A stretch of DNA of 52,656 nucleotides from an uncultured Clostridia bacterium. GTDB lineage: Bacteria > Bacillota > Clostridia > Christensenellales > Borkfalkiaceae. The notes below the pieces were generated by a model. It saw nothing but the letters and a program-made list of their open reading frames with translations, made no database searches and was not told the DNA's origin. The position numbers and the translations under genes were made by a program. Shown here piece after piece: positions 36,172 to 45,185 of the stretch. The stretch spans positions 1 through 52,656 of the forward strand of contig CAYMUQ010000001.1 of assembly GCA_964393805.1 (NCBI GenBank), written 5' to 3'. Position 1 is the first letter of the stretch, and each line of letters begins with the position of its first letter.

Positions 36172-36990
36172 TTACTCTCTTACAAACTTTTTAAACGCCC
36201 ATTCGCGCATACGGTTGGTCATTAAAACGTAAACGATATAGCGTTTGAAGCGCTCTTTGTTGTACTCGTTCAGACTTATTATCTTGTTTTTACGCATAAA
36301 CCTTAAAAGGTCGCGTTCGGATTTATAGTACTTCCTGCCGCCGCGGCGTCTGAACGTCTGCGCGTCTATTCTCGCATATACGAGGACGTCCTGCAAATTG
36401 TAGAATTTACAGCCAGCAAGGTACATTCTTACCCAAAGATAGCTGTCCTCGTTATAGTGCCAGTCGAGGTACCCTCCCGCCTTTTCGACCTCGCTCTTTT
36501 TGAACATTACGGTCATATGATTGAACGGACAGCGGGATTTCAAAAATTTGCACAACTCTTCGTGCGTTTCGGGTACGTTTCTGCGGGAGGTTATATTTTC
36601 GACGCTTCCCTCAAATTCGGCGATATTTCCGCCGCAAATACTTAAATTTTCGTCCTCTTTAAAGCATTTGAGCTGTTTTTCGAAGCGGTCAGTCGCGGCG
36701 ATATCGTCTGTATCCATACGCGCCACAAGCTCGAATTTGCAGTATTTCATACCCTCGCGCAGAGCAAGTCCAAGTCCGTGATTTGTTTCAAGCGGAACAA
36801 CGTCGAGCTCCTTTATTTGGGTTTTAAGCTGCTCTATCTTTTCGGTCAGTTCTTCGGGTACCGGTCCGTCGATAACCAAAACGTACTGCGAAGCCTTTAC
36901 CGTCTGATTTAAAAGACTGTCCAGACACTGAGCAAGCTCGTCCGCTTGGGTATTTTTATAAACCGACATTAAAACGCTGAACTCTTCCAT
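36172..36990 (-). CDS. Glycosyltransferase family 2
   Basis: 272 aa. N-terminal FSVLMSVYKN...LDSLLNQT, and the DxD-type motif MDTDD. Confidence 0.8.
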   Translation of the reverse strand: MEEFSVLMSVYKNTQADELAQCLDSLLNQTVKASQYVLVIDGPVPEELTEKIEQLKTQIKELDVVPLETNHGLGLALREGMKYCKFELVARMDTDDIAATDRFEKQLKCFKEDENLSICGGNIAEFEGSVENITSRRNVPETHEELCKFLKSRCPFNHMTVMFKKSEVEKAGGYLDWHYNEDSYLWVRMYLAGCKFYNLQDVLVYARIDAQTFRRRGGRKYYKSERDLLRFMRKNKIISLNEYNKERFKRYIVYVLMTNRMREWAFKKFVRE

Positions 36991-36991
36991 T

Positions 36992-37675
36992 TTACCTCTT
37001 TAATACGGCGCCTACCGTCTTGAACATTATGCCTATATCCCGCCAGAAGCCGAACTTTTTTAAAGCTTTGAGATTGTATTCCATCTTTGCGGGCAAAACT
37101 TCGTTTATATAGACCTCGTCCGCGTTCTCCGCGCTCTCCATAAGTTCCGCCTCGTCCTTATAGTTTATGCTTGCAAGGCTGGTAACTCCCGCAGGCATCA
37201 GTAAGGTTGCGTACATTTCGGGCGTATAGCACTCAACGTACTTGGGAACTTCGGGGCGGGTACCGACGAAGCTCATCGTGCCGCGGAATATATCCAAAAG
37301 CTGGGGAAGCTCGTCTAACCTGCACTTTCTCAAAAACTTACCGACCTTAGTAACTCTCGCGTCGCCCTTGGACGTGACCTGCGCGCCCAGCTTTTCGGCG
37401 TTTGCGACCATGGTTCTGAATTTGAATATTCTGAAATGCCTGTTATAGCGCGTAACGCGCTCCTGCCTGAAAAAAACCGGTCCGCGGGAATCTATCTTGA
37501 TTATTATCGCAAGTATTAAAAACACGGGCGATAAAATTATAAGCATAAGAAAAGATACGAAAATATCGAACGCGCGTTTGAAAAATCTTCCGCACTTATG
37601 CTTTTTTAAAATATCGTAATATTTTCGCACCTCTTCGGTCTGCATTTCCGAGGGCAGTTTTTCCCATTTTCTCAT
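36992..37675 (-). CDS. Small monotopic phosphoglycosyl transferase (bacterial sugar transferase, PglC/EpsL-like)
   Basis: 227 aa. KRAFD, a re-entrant helix, then GPVFFRQERV...FKFRTM...LDELPQL...MSFVG. Confidence 0.85.
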   Translation of the reverse strand: MRKWEKLPSEMQTEEVRKYYDILKKHKCGRFFKRAFDIFVSFLMLIILSPVFLILAIIIKIDSRGPVFFRQERVTRYNRHFRIFKFRTMVANAEKLGAQVTSKGDARVTKVGKFLRKCRLDELPQLLDIFRGTMSFVGTRPEVPKYVECYTPEMYATLLMPAGVTSLASINYKDEAELMESAENADEVYINEVLPAKMEYNLKALKKFGFWRDIGIMFKTVGAVLKR

Positions 37676-38877
37676 TAAATATATTCCTTGACCGCGTCAA
37701 TAAAATTCTCTATTACGTATTCTACTTCCTCATCCGTCAGTTTAGTAGTAAGCGGCAAAGTTATTTCGTCGACGTACTGCGAATACGCATTGGGATAATT
37801 ATTTATATCGAAGCCGAGGCTTTTATATGCCGTCATCATAGGAAGCGGTTTGTAATGCACGTTGCACGCCACGCCGTTTTCCGCCATTTTAATTATTATC
37901 TGATTGCGCTGTTCTACCGTAATTCCTGGTACGCGGCAGATATAGAGATGACCCGACGAACAAGCGTCTTTGGTGTAATGCTTCAAAGGCTTTATACCCA
38001 GAGGAACAAACGCCTTATCGTACCGCTCCACAATCTCCTTGCGGCGCTTCAACATCTGAGGATACCTTTCGAGTTGTGCAAGTCCTATCGCCGCCATTAT
38101 ATCCGTCATATTGCACTTGTACCAAGGGGCAACAATATCGTATTCCCAGGAACCGAGTTTGGTCTTTGCCAAAGCGTCCTTATTCTGTCCGTGCAAAGAA
38201 AGAAGCTGTACCGTTTTGTAAATTTCCTCGCCGTCGATACCCTCTATATTATTCCAGGTGAGAGCGCCGCCCTCGCCCGTGGTGAGGTTCTTTACGGCGT
38301 GGAAGGAAAATGCGGAAAAGTCGGCAATCGAACCCGCCGTCTTACCCTTATAGGTTGCGCCGAAAGAGTGCGCCGTATCCGCGCAGACCGCTATTCTTCC
38401 CATAGCCTTCTGTATGGCGTTGGCAGGCTTGAACAAACTCTTTTTTGCGTTGACTATCTCGAAAATTCTGTCGTAGTCGCAACAAACGCCGCCGATATCG
38501 ACGGGTATAATCGCCTTGGTCGCGGGAGTTATCGCCTTTTCGAGCGCGTCGTAGTCCATTTCAAGATTGTCTTTCTGCGTATCGATAAGCACGGGTTTTG
38601 CGCCAACGTGGCAAATAACCGACGCCGACGCCGTATAGGTGTAAGCCGAGGTTATCACCTCGTCCCCCTCGCCTATACCGAGAACGCGTAGCGCCATTTC
38701 CGCGCAAGCCGTCTGTGAATTAAGGCAGACCGCCCTGTCCGTGCCGCAATAGCTTGCTATTTGTCTTTCAAACTCCTTGGTCTTGGGTCCGGTCGTTATC
38801 CAGCCCGAACGCAAAACTTCGGTTACCGCCTGTATTTCCTTGTCCGAAATGTCGGGGGGAGAAAAAGGTATTTTCAT
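37675..38877 (-). CDS. DegT/DnrJ/EryC1-family sugar aminotransferase (PglE/EpsN-like)
   Basis: Start re-set to ATG 38877 (MKIPFSPPDISDKEI...). PLP-lysine region SFHAVKNLTTGEGG. The ORF-track start at 38946 lies in the promoter region. Confidence 0.85.
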   Translation of the reverse strand: MKIPFSPPDISDKEIQAVTEVLRSGWITTGPKTKEFERQIASYCGTDRAVCLNSQTACAEMALRVLGIGEGDEVITSAYTYTASASVICHVGAKPVLIDTQKDNLEMDYDALEKAITPATKAIIPVDIGGVCCDYDRIFEIVNAKKSLFKPANAIQKAMGRIAVCADTAHSFGATYKGKTAGSIADFSAFSFHAVKNLTTGEGGALTWNNIEGIDGEEIYKTVQLLSLHGQNKDALAKTKLGSWEYDIVAPWYKCNMTDIMAAIGLAQLERYPQMLKRRKEIVERYDKAFVPLGIKPLKHYTKDACSSGHLYICRVPGITVEQRNQIIIKMAENGVACNVHYKPLPMMTAYKSLGFDINNYPNAYSQYVDEITLPLTTKLTDEEVEYVIENFIDAVKEYI

Positions 38878-38929
38878 ATGCTCTCTGTCTTCTCTTCTAA
38901 AAAAATGTGCAGTTTTACTATTATAATAT

Positions 38930-38959
38930 AGTATATCACTAAGCAAGGAAATAAGTCAA
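38930..38959 (-). promoter_or_regulatory. Internal sigma-A-type promoter of the glycan cluster (TTGACT-18-TGaTATACT)
   Basis: -35 TTGACT at 38959-38954, an 18-nt spacer, and TGATATACT (TATACT at 38935-38930). It sits in a 230-nt gap directly after a terminator. Confidence 0.5.
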
Positions 38960-39050
38960 GAAATTGTATTATTTTGTCAGGGCGGAATATATAGCTTTTG
39001 CATTTTATCGGTTTGTGTCCGAAATAGTCGTTTAAGCCCGTAAAACGCCG

Positions 39051-39080
39051 CAAAATAAAAATACCGCTTCAAAGCGGTAT
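39051..39080 (-). terminator. Rho-independent terminator after the CapD/PglF-like gene
   Basis: Minus strand reads ATACCGC-TTTGAA-GCGGTAT followed by TTTTTATTTT. Confidence 0.7.
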
Positions 39081-39107
39081 TTTCAAATTTATATTCACTT
39101 TAATTGA

Positions 39108-40958
39108 TTATTCCTGCGGTTTATAGGTGGTGACAAGCTCGGAAACCAGGTGTTTCATATCGTCGGTTTCGGCGTACGCCGCCTTATAGAGCTCGTCGAG
39201 TTTTTTCCAGAGGAACGCCTCGTCCAAAGCTATGGGATTGGCGATATTTATAAGTCCGTTCGGCGTGGTCTGAAGCCCCTCTTCGTCCATAAGTCTTTCC
39301 TCGTACAGCTTTTCGCCCGGGCGGAGACCTACGCACTTGATTTCTATATCGACGTTGGGTTCGAGACCCGAAAGCTTGATAAGATTATAAGCAAGGTCGT
39401 AAATTTTTACGGGCTCGCCCATATCGAGGACGAATATCTGTCCTCCCTTTGCGTACGCTCCCGCCTGAAGAACGAGAGAAACCGCTTCGGGGATGGTCAT
39501 AAAGTATCTTATTATATCCTTGTGGGTTACGGTAACGGGTCCGCCCTCGGCTATCTGTTTTTCAAACAGAGGAATGACCGAACCGTTGGAACCTAAAACG
39601 TTTCCGAAACGCACGGCGACGAACTTGGTGTTTTTGCTGTTTCTGCCTATGGTCTGGATAATCATCTCGCAGATACGCTTGGTGGCGCCCATTATGTTCG
39701 TCGGATTTACCGCCTTGTCCGTGGAAATCTGTACGAATACCTTTACGCCGTACTTATCCGCGCACTTTGCGACGTTCAAAGTTCCGAAAACGTTGTTCTT
39801 GACCGCTTCGTTGGGGCTGGTCTCCATTAAGGGAACGTGCTTGTGCGCCGCGGCGTTAAACACTATGTCTGGCTTGTATTCCTTGAACACGTCCTCCATC
39901 TTGCCTTTATCCCTGACGCTTGCGATAAGCGCCGTAAGATTGAGCTCGGGACGGTTTCTCTTCAATTCCTGCTCTATGTCGTAAGTACTGTTTTCGTAGA
40001 TATCAAGAATAATCAGACGCTTGGGACTATGGGTAGCAATCTGACGGCACAGTTCGCTTCCGATAGAGCCGCCTCCGCCCGTAACCATTACGGTCTGACC
40101 TTCGATATATCCCATTATTTCGTCGAGATTTACCTGTATCTGTTCTCTTCCCAAAAGGTCGGTTATCCGCACCTCGCGAAGAGCGCCCATAGTCGCCTCG
40201 CCGCTGACTATCTGATAGATACCGGGCAGGGTTTTTACCTTGCACTTCGTGGTCTTGCAGATTTCGTAAATGCGTTTAAGTTCCACTTTCTTTGCGGAAG
40301 GTATGGCGATAATTATCTCGTCGATTGCGTACTTTTCGGAAAACTTTTTAATCTCATCGGTGTCGCCGACAACCTTTACGTCGTTTATTCTCTTACCGTA
40401 TTTCGAAGGGTCGTCGTCCACGACGCAGACGGGAACGTAGTCGATTTTGTCGGTCGTCTGCATTTCCCTTATAATGGTTGCGCCGGCGTTGCCTCCGCCC
40501 ACTATCATAGCCCTTATCTTACCCTTGTTACGCTTGGTAACCGAATATTTGACCATCAGATAGATACGCTTGGAGAAGCGAATAGTTAAAGTGAGCGCAA
40601 ACAGGGTTATGCAGTAATAGAACTGCTGCCATACCTCCTGCTCCTTGGGAAGAAGGAAGAAAACGTATGCAAAGCCGAAACAGAATACCAAAACGGTAGC
40701 GCCTATAAGCTTTAAAGTATCTACAAGTCCTACCGTATCGAACAGGAAATAATACATTCTGAAAAGCAGGAAGAAAACGTATGTTATACCTATATTTGCA
40801 AGACACCACCAGAGCTGGTTGATATCTTGCGGGATACACTTATTGGCGGAAGCCATCGCTATAAGCAACGCCAAACAAATAGCCGCCAAGTCCAGTAAAG
40901 CGACTATCAAAATACCCGTAAACTTATAGTTATACTTTTTAACCTTTTTCACTTGCAC
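39108..40958 (-). CDS. Membrane-anchored UDP-GlcNAc 4,6-dehydratase (CapD/PglF-like polysaccharide biosynthesis protein)
   Basis: 616 aa. Four N-terminal TM helices. Two Rossmann regions (GGGNAG, GGGGSIGSEL). SDR catalytic region STDKAVNPTNIMGATKR. GTG start. Confidence 0.85.
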   Translation of the reverse strand: MQVKKVKKYNYKFTGILIVALLDLAAICLALLIAMASANKCIPQDINQLWWCLANIGITYVFFLLFRMYYFLFDTVGLVDTLKLIGATVLVFCFGFAYVFFLLPKEQEVWQQFYYCITLFALTLTIRFSKRIYLMVKYSVTKRNKGKIRAMIVGGGNAGATIIREMQTTDKIDYVPVCVVDDDPSKYGKRINDVKVVGDTDEIKKFSEKYAIDEIIIAIPSAKKVELKRIYEICKTTKCKVKTLPGIYQIVSGEATMGALREVRITDLLGREQIQVNLDEIMGYIEGQTVMVTGGGGSIGSELCRQIATHSPKRLIILDIYENSTYDIEQELKRNRPELNLTALIASVRDKGKMEDVFKEYKPDIVFNAAAHKHVPLMETSPNEAVKNNVFGTLNVAKCADKYGVKVFVQISTDKAVNPTNIMGATKRICEMIIQTIGRNSKNTKFVAVRFGNVLGSNGSVIPLFEKQIAEGGPVTVTHKDIIRYFMTIPEAVSLVLQAGAYAKGGQIFVLDMGEPVKIYDLAYNLIKLSGLEPNVDIEIKCVGLRPGEKLYEERLMDEEGLQTTPNGLINIANPIALDEAFLWKKLDELYKAAYAETDDMKHLVSELVTTYKPQE

Positions 40959-41022
40959 ACCACTCTTTAAAATTCTCTCTGAAATTTTTCCGTCGTAATT
41001 ATTGTTTATTTATTCGGACGTT

Positions 41023-42861
41023 TTATTCAACCGTAACGCACTTTGCAAGGTTTCGGGGTTTGTCCACGTCAAGTCCCTTGTACAGCGAAACGTAATAACT
41101 TAAAAGTTGCAAAGGTATCACCGAAAGACTGGGCATAAAATAGCTGTCCGTATGCGGCACGTAGACCGTAAACCCGCAGTCCTTTCTTATACCGTAATTG
41201 CCCTTTACAGTAACGCACATACAGTATGCGCCACGCGACTTAACCTCTTCGAGGTTAGATTTGGTTTTGTCCGCAAGTCCCGACTGTGTAACCAGTGCAA
41301 CCACTAAAGTATCCTTTTCGATTAAGCTTATCGTGCCGTGCTTAAGCTCGCCCGCCGCATAAGCTTCTGAATGAATGTAGGTTATCTCTTTTAACTTTAA
41401 ACTGCCTTCGAGGCAGACCGCGTAATCCAAGCCGCGTCCGATAAAGAAAACGTCGCGTTTATTGGTCAACCCGTTTGCGAACTTTTTAATGTCGTCCTCG
41501 CATTTGAGAACCGAAGCCACCTTGGAAGGAAGAGAGTTAAGCTCTGCAATCAGCTCCTTATACCTCTCCCCGTCTATCGTGCCCCGAACGTATGCAAGCT
41601 TTACCGCCAACATATAGCACACGACGAGTTGCGCGCTGTACGCTTTCGTGGTGGCAACCGATATTTCGGGACCCGCCTGCGTATAGATGACCTTGTCCGA
41701 GCATCTCGGAATTGCCGAGTCGTGAACGTTTACTATCGCAAGCGTAGCCGCGCCCTCCGCCTTAGCCTGATTTAAAGCCTCGAACGTGTCCGCCGTTTCA
41801 CCCGACTGACTTATTAAAATAACCAAATCGTTCTTGTTTAGTATCGGTTCTCTGTATCTGAATTCCGAGGCTATATCCACGTCCACCGGAACGCGGGCAA
41901 GTCCCTCTATGACGTATTTGCCGACCACGCCTGCGTGGTACGCCGAACCGCAAGCAACGAAATGAATTCTGCCGACCGACTTCAAAAAACTGTCGGAAAG
42001 CTTAGCTTGTGAAAAATCTATACCGTCTTCCTTGACGAAACACGCGAGCGTCTTTTTTATGACTTCGGGCTGTTCTTTTATCTCCTTCATCATAAAGAAC
42101 TCGTAACCGCCCTTTTCCGCCGCGTCCATATCCCAGTCGATTTTTATGCGTCTCTTCTTTACTACGTTGCTGTCCACGTCGTAGAAAGTCGCCTTGCCGT
42201 TTTCGAGGCAGGCTATCTGCATATTGTCGAGATAGTACACTTCTCTCGTATATTTTAAAATTGCGGGAACGTCGGATGCGCAGAAGGCGCCGTCTTCGGA
42301 AATTCCTACTATTAAAGGGCTGTCCTTTCTGGCAACGAAAATTTTACCCGGGTGGTCTTTGAACATTACCGCAAATGCGTACGAGCCGCGCACGCGCAGA
42401 GTAAAGCTGACCATTGCCTTGAGGGGGTCCTTACCCCACTTGTTGTAATAGTAGTCGACGAGCTTGGTTGCAATCTCGGTATCGGTTTTCGAATAAAAGC
42501 TGTAGCCCTTACCTAAGAGCTTGTCCTTTAATTTTCCGTAATTTTCGATAATGCCGTTGTGTACGGCTACGATAGATTTATCGTCGTTGTAATGGGGATG
42601 GGCGTTTATTTCGTTAGGCTCGCCGTGAGTAGCCCAGCGGGTATGACCTATGCCGCAGGTGCCTTTAAGCGCCGCGCCGCCGTCCACCATATCCGAAAGC
42701 GTGCTGAGCTTGCCCTTTGCCTTTACTATCTCGTGATTGCCGTCGGGCGTTCTTACAGCCACGCCCGCAGAATCGTATCCTCTGTATTCAAGTTTTGAAA
42801 GTCCGTCCAAAAGTATGGGCGCGACCTGTTTTTTACCGGTATATCCTACTATTCCGCACAT
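41023..42861 (-). CDS. glmS: Glutamine--fructose-6-phosphate aminotransferase
   Basis: 612 aa. N-terminal nucleophile MCGIVGY. Two SIS domains. C-terminus ...KPRNLAKCVTVE. Only 20 nt (with GGAGA RBS) separate it from glmM. Confidence 0.95.
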   Translation of the reverse strand: MCGIVGYTGKKQVAPILLDGLSKLEYRGYDSAGVAVRTPDGNHEIVKAKGKLSTLSDMVDGGAALKGTCGIGHTRWATHGEPNEINAHPHYNDDKSIVAVHNGIIENYGKLKDKLLGKGYSFYSKTDTEIATKLVDYYYNKWGKDPLKAMVSFTLRVRGSYAFAVMFKDHPGKIFVARKDSPLIVGISEDGAFCASDVPAILKYTREVYYLDNMQIACLENGKATFYDVDSNVVKKRRIKIDWDMDAAEKGGYEFFMMKEIKEQPEVIKKTLACFVKEDGIDFSQAKLSDSFLKSVGRIHFVACGSAYHAGVVGKYVIEGLARVPVDVDIASEFRYREPILNKNDLVILISQSGETADTFEALNQAKAEGAATLAIVNVHDSAIPRCSDKVIYTQAGPEISVATTKAYSAQLVVCYMLAVKLAYVRGTIDGERYKELIAELNSLPSKVASVLKCEDDIKKFANGLTNKRDVFFIGRGLDYAVCLEGSLKLKEITYIHSEAYAAGELKHGTISLIEKDTLVVALVTQSGLADKTKSNLEEVKSRGAYCMCVTVKGNYGIRKDCGFTVYVPHTDSYFMPSLSVIPLQLLSYYVSLYKGLDVDKPRNLAKCVTVE

Positions 42862-42881
42862 TTTAAACTATCTCCGAAAAT

Positions 42882-44264
42882 TCAATCGCGGGCGGCATAG
42901 CCCTTCGCCCTGATAACCGAAACTATACCGTCGGTTATCTTTGCACACTCTTCCTGCGACTCCGCCTCAGCCATAACTCTTATCAAAGGCTCGGTACCCG
43001 ACGCTCTCACAAGCACTCTGCCCTTACTTTCGAGCGCCTGCTCGGCTTCCTTAACCGCCGCGGTCACGTCCTCGTCTGAAAGAGCCGCCTCTTTATCTTT
43101 TACTTTGACGTTGACGAGCGTCTGCGGGAAATCCTTGACGAAAGATGAAAGCTTCGATAACTTCTCGCCCTTTTCTATCATAACTTCGAGCATTTTGATA
43201 CTCGTAAGTATGCCGTCGCCCGTGGTCGCGTATTTTGAAAAAATTATATGTCCCGACTGCTCGCCGCCGATAGAGTTGCCGTGCGCCTGCATATACTCGT
43301 GCACGAACCTGTCGCCGACCGCAGTCTTAACAGATTTTATTCCGATTTCTTCGAACGCCTTGTAAAGCCCGAAATTGGACATAACGGTTGTTACGACCGT
43401 ATCGCCCGCAAGCTCGCCTTTTTCCTTTAAGTATCTGCCGTAGATATAGAGTATTTTGTCGCCGTTTACGACTTCTCCGTTCTCGTCCACGCAGATACAT
43501 CTGTCGGCGTCGCCGTCGTAGGCAAAGCCCACGTCCAGTCCGTTCTTTTTTACGAACGCGCACAATCCCTCGATATGGGTTGAGCCCGCGTTGTCGTTTA
43601 TGTTACAGCCGTCTGGGGAACAGTTAATTACGTAAGTGGTTGCGCCGAGCGCGTCGAACACCGACTTTGCGATATTCCAGCTCGCGCCGTTAGCGCAGTC
43701 CAGTCCCACTCTCTTGCCTCTGAACGAGCAAACGCCCAAAGACAGAAGATAGGCAATGTATCTGTTCCTGCCCTCTTCATAGTCGTGCGTACGACCGACG
43801 CGGTAGCGCGTTGCAAAAGGCAACGATTTTACTCCGCACACGGGCAGTCCGTCGATGTAGTCCTCGATAAGCGAAACGGTGTCTTCGTCCATCTTTTCGC
43901 CCTGACCGTTAAAGAGCTTTATGCCGTTGTCGTAATACGGATTATGACTTGCGGATATCATTATTCCGCAGTCGAAGTTCTCAACTCTCGTAACGTGCGC
44001 AACCGACGGAGTGGTCGTGACGTGCATTACGTATGCGTCCGCGCCCGAAGCGGTGATACCCGAAGCAAGCGCGTACTCGAGCATATAGCCCGAACGGCGC
44101 GTGTCCTTGCCGATTACTATTTTTGCGGCATCGCTTTTTCCCTCGTCCTGTTTCCTTCTGCCGAAATACCAGCCGAGAAATCTGCCGACTTTATAAGCGT
44201 GTTCGGCGGTAAGCGTTACGCCCGCCTCTCCGCGAAATCCGTCCGTTCCGAAATATTTACCCAT
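42882..44264 (-). CDS. glmM: Phosphoglucosamine mutase
   Basis: 460 aa. MGKYFGTDGFRG N-terminus. Phosphoserine loop ISASHNPYYDNGIK. Mg loop YDGDADR. Confidence 0.95.
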   Translation of the reverse strand: MGKYFGTDGFRGEAGVTLTAEHAYKVGRFLGWYFGRRKQDEGKSDAAKIVIGKDTRRSGYMLEYALASGITASGADAYVMHVTTTPSVAHVTRVENFDCGIMISASHNPYYDNGIKLFNGQGEKMDEDTVSLIEDYIDGLPVCGVKSLPFATRYRVGRTHDYEEGRNRYIAYLLSLGVCSFRGKRVGLDCANGASWNIAKSVFDALGATTYVINCSPDGCNINDNAGSTHIEGLCAFVKKNGLDVGFAYDGDADRCICVDENGEVVNGDKILYIYGRYLKEKGELAGDTVVTTVMSNFGLYKAFEEIGIKSVKTAVGDRFVHEYMQAHGNSIGGEQSGHIIFSKYATTGDGILTSIKMLEVMIEKGEKLSKLSSFVKDFPQTLVNVKVKDKEAALSDEDVTAAVKEAEQALESKGRVLVRASGTEPLIRVMAEAESQEECAKITDGIVSVIRAKGYAARD

Positions 44265-44265
44265 A

Positions 44266-44919
44266 TCAAACTCTTTTTGAAATTTTGCCCGCCGCCTTGA
44301 CTATGCTGTCCGCAGGCACGACGCCGCGGACGCAGGTTAAAGGATATACGCTCGTTCTTGCGCCGATTACCGTACCCGGGTTGAGTACGCAGTTACAACC
44401 TATTTCGGCGTTGTCGCCGACAAAGGCGCCCACCTTTTTAAGTCCAGTACCCATCTCGTTTTCGCCGTGGATTATAACGTTGGTTTTGTCCGCCTTGACG
44501 TTGGAGGTTATCGCCCCCGCACCCATATGAGCCTTGTAGCCGAGGATACTGTCGCCGACGTAGTTGTAGTGGGGAACCTGTACCCCGTCGAATAAGATTA
44601 CGTTCTTAAGTTCGGTCGAGTTGCCGACCACGCAGTTTGCGCCGACGAGCGCAGAGCCTCTGATAAACGCGCAGTGTCTTACCTCGGTATCCGCTCCTAT
44701 AATGCAGGGTGCGCCGATAAACGCGGTGGGCGCGACCTTAGCGGTGCGGTGTACCCAGACGTCCTTTTTAACCTCTTCGTACTCTTCGCCAAGGCTCTCT
44801 CCGAGAGAAACGATAAGTTCGCCTATACCCTTCAAAGCCTGCCAGGGATAAGTAAAACCGTTGAGATATTTGTCCGCCAGCGTGCGGTTTAAATCGAAAA
44901 GAGCTTTAATCGTTACCAA
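44266..44919 (-). CDS. Stand-alone left-handed beta-helix (hexapeptide) acetyltransferase resembling the GlmU C-terminal domain
   Basis: 217 aa. Hexapeptide repeats plus the segment PHYNYVGDSILGYKAHMGAGAITSNVK, which parallels the GlmU acetyltransferase site (H-x-x-Y-x-GD...GAGTIT-N-Y-DG). TTG start with GAGGA 6 nt upstream. 1-nt gap to glmM. Confidence 0.6.
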   Translation of the reverse strand: MVTIKALFDLNRTLADKYLNGFTYPWQALKGIGELIVSLGESLGEEYEEVKKDVWVHRTAKVAPTAFIGAPCIIGADTEVRHCAFIRGSALVGANCVVGNSTELKNVILFDGVQVPHYNYVGDSILGYKAHMGAGAITSNVKADKTNVIIHGENEMGTGLKKVGAFVGDNAEIGCNCVLNPGTVIGARTSVYPLTCVRGVVPADSIVKAAGKISKRV

Positions 44920-44964
44920 GGTCAGTCCTCTGTATCTTTCTGTTAAATATTTCCAGCATAGTAT

Positions 44965-44993
44965 ATTATACTATGGGCGACGGCGCATTGCAA
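44965..44993 (-). promoter_or_regulatory. Sigma-A-type promoter of the acetyltransferase-glmM-glmS operon (TTGCAA-17-TATAAT)
   Basis: -35 TTGCAA at 44993-44988, a 17-nt spacer, and TATAAT at 44970-44965. The predicted leader is about 39 nt. Confidence 0.6.
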
Positions 44994-45021
44994 GTATTTT
45001 CGACATTTTTCGCGCTCCGTC

Positions 45022-45059
45022 AAAAAGGCGGGCAAAACTGCTCCAAACCGCGTTTGCCC
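45022..45059 (-). terminator. Second terminator-like hairpin downstream of the giant helicase gene
   Basis: Minus strand reads GGGCAAA, a 16-nt loop, then TTTGCCC followed by GCCTTTTT. Confidence 0.4.
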
Positions 45060-45143
45060 CCGTAATATGCCGTCGTTAATCGCCCTTACAGTTAAATTAT
45101 ATGCAAAACCGCGCAAAAAATTTTTTTCGTCTGAAATCGTTAA

Positions 45144-45180
45144 GGCGTTATCCGCGCCCGTTACGCGCGCGGATAACGCC
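45144..45180 (-). terminator. Perfect 14-bp GC-rich hairpin immediately after the giant helicase stop codon (terminator or mRNA-stabilising stem)
   Basis: GGCGTTATCCGCGC, a 9-nt loop, then GCGCGGATAACGCC. There is no clean T-run on the minus strand (TTAACGATTTC). Confidence 0.5.
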
Positions 45181-45185
45181 CTGTT

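Noticed and set aside
42862-42881. glmS ribozyme upstream of glmS, or in the operon leader at 44920-44964.
   Set aside because: The glmM-glmS gap is 20 nt and the operon leader is ~39 nt. Both are far too short for the ~170-nt ribozyme. The rest of 44965-45185 is explained by a promoter and two terminator-type hairpins belonging to the upstream gene. A covariance-model scan would be the formal check.
45113-45127. An A6/T8 run (AAAAAATTTTTTTT) and other AT palindromes in the 44920-45185 spacer, considered as a possible origin-like or IHF-type element.
   Set aside because: It is a single short occurrence between two terminator hairpins, with no DnaA-box-like repeats or iterons nearby. It is most simply the T/A tracts of the bidirectional termination region.
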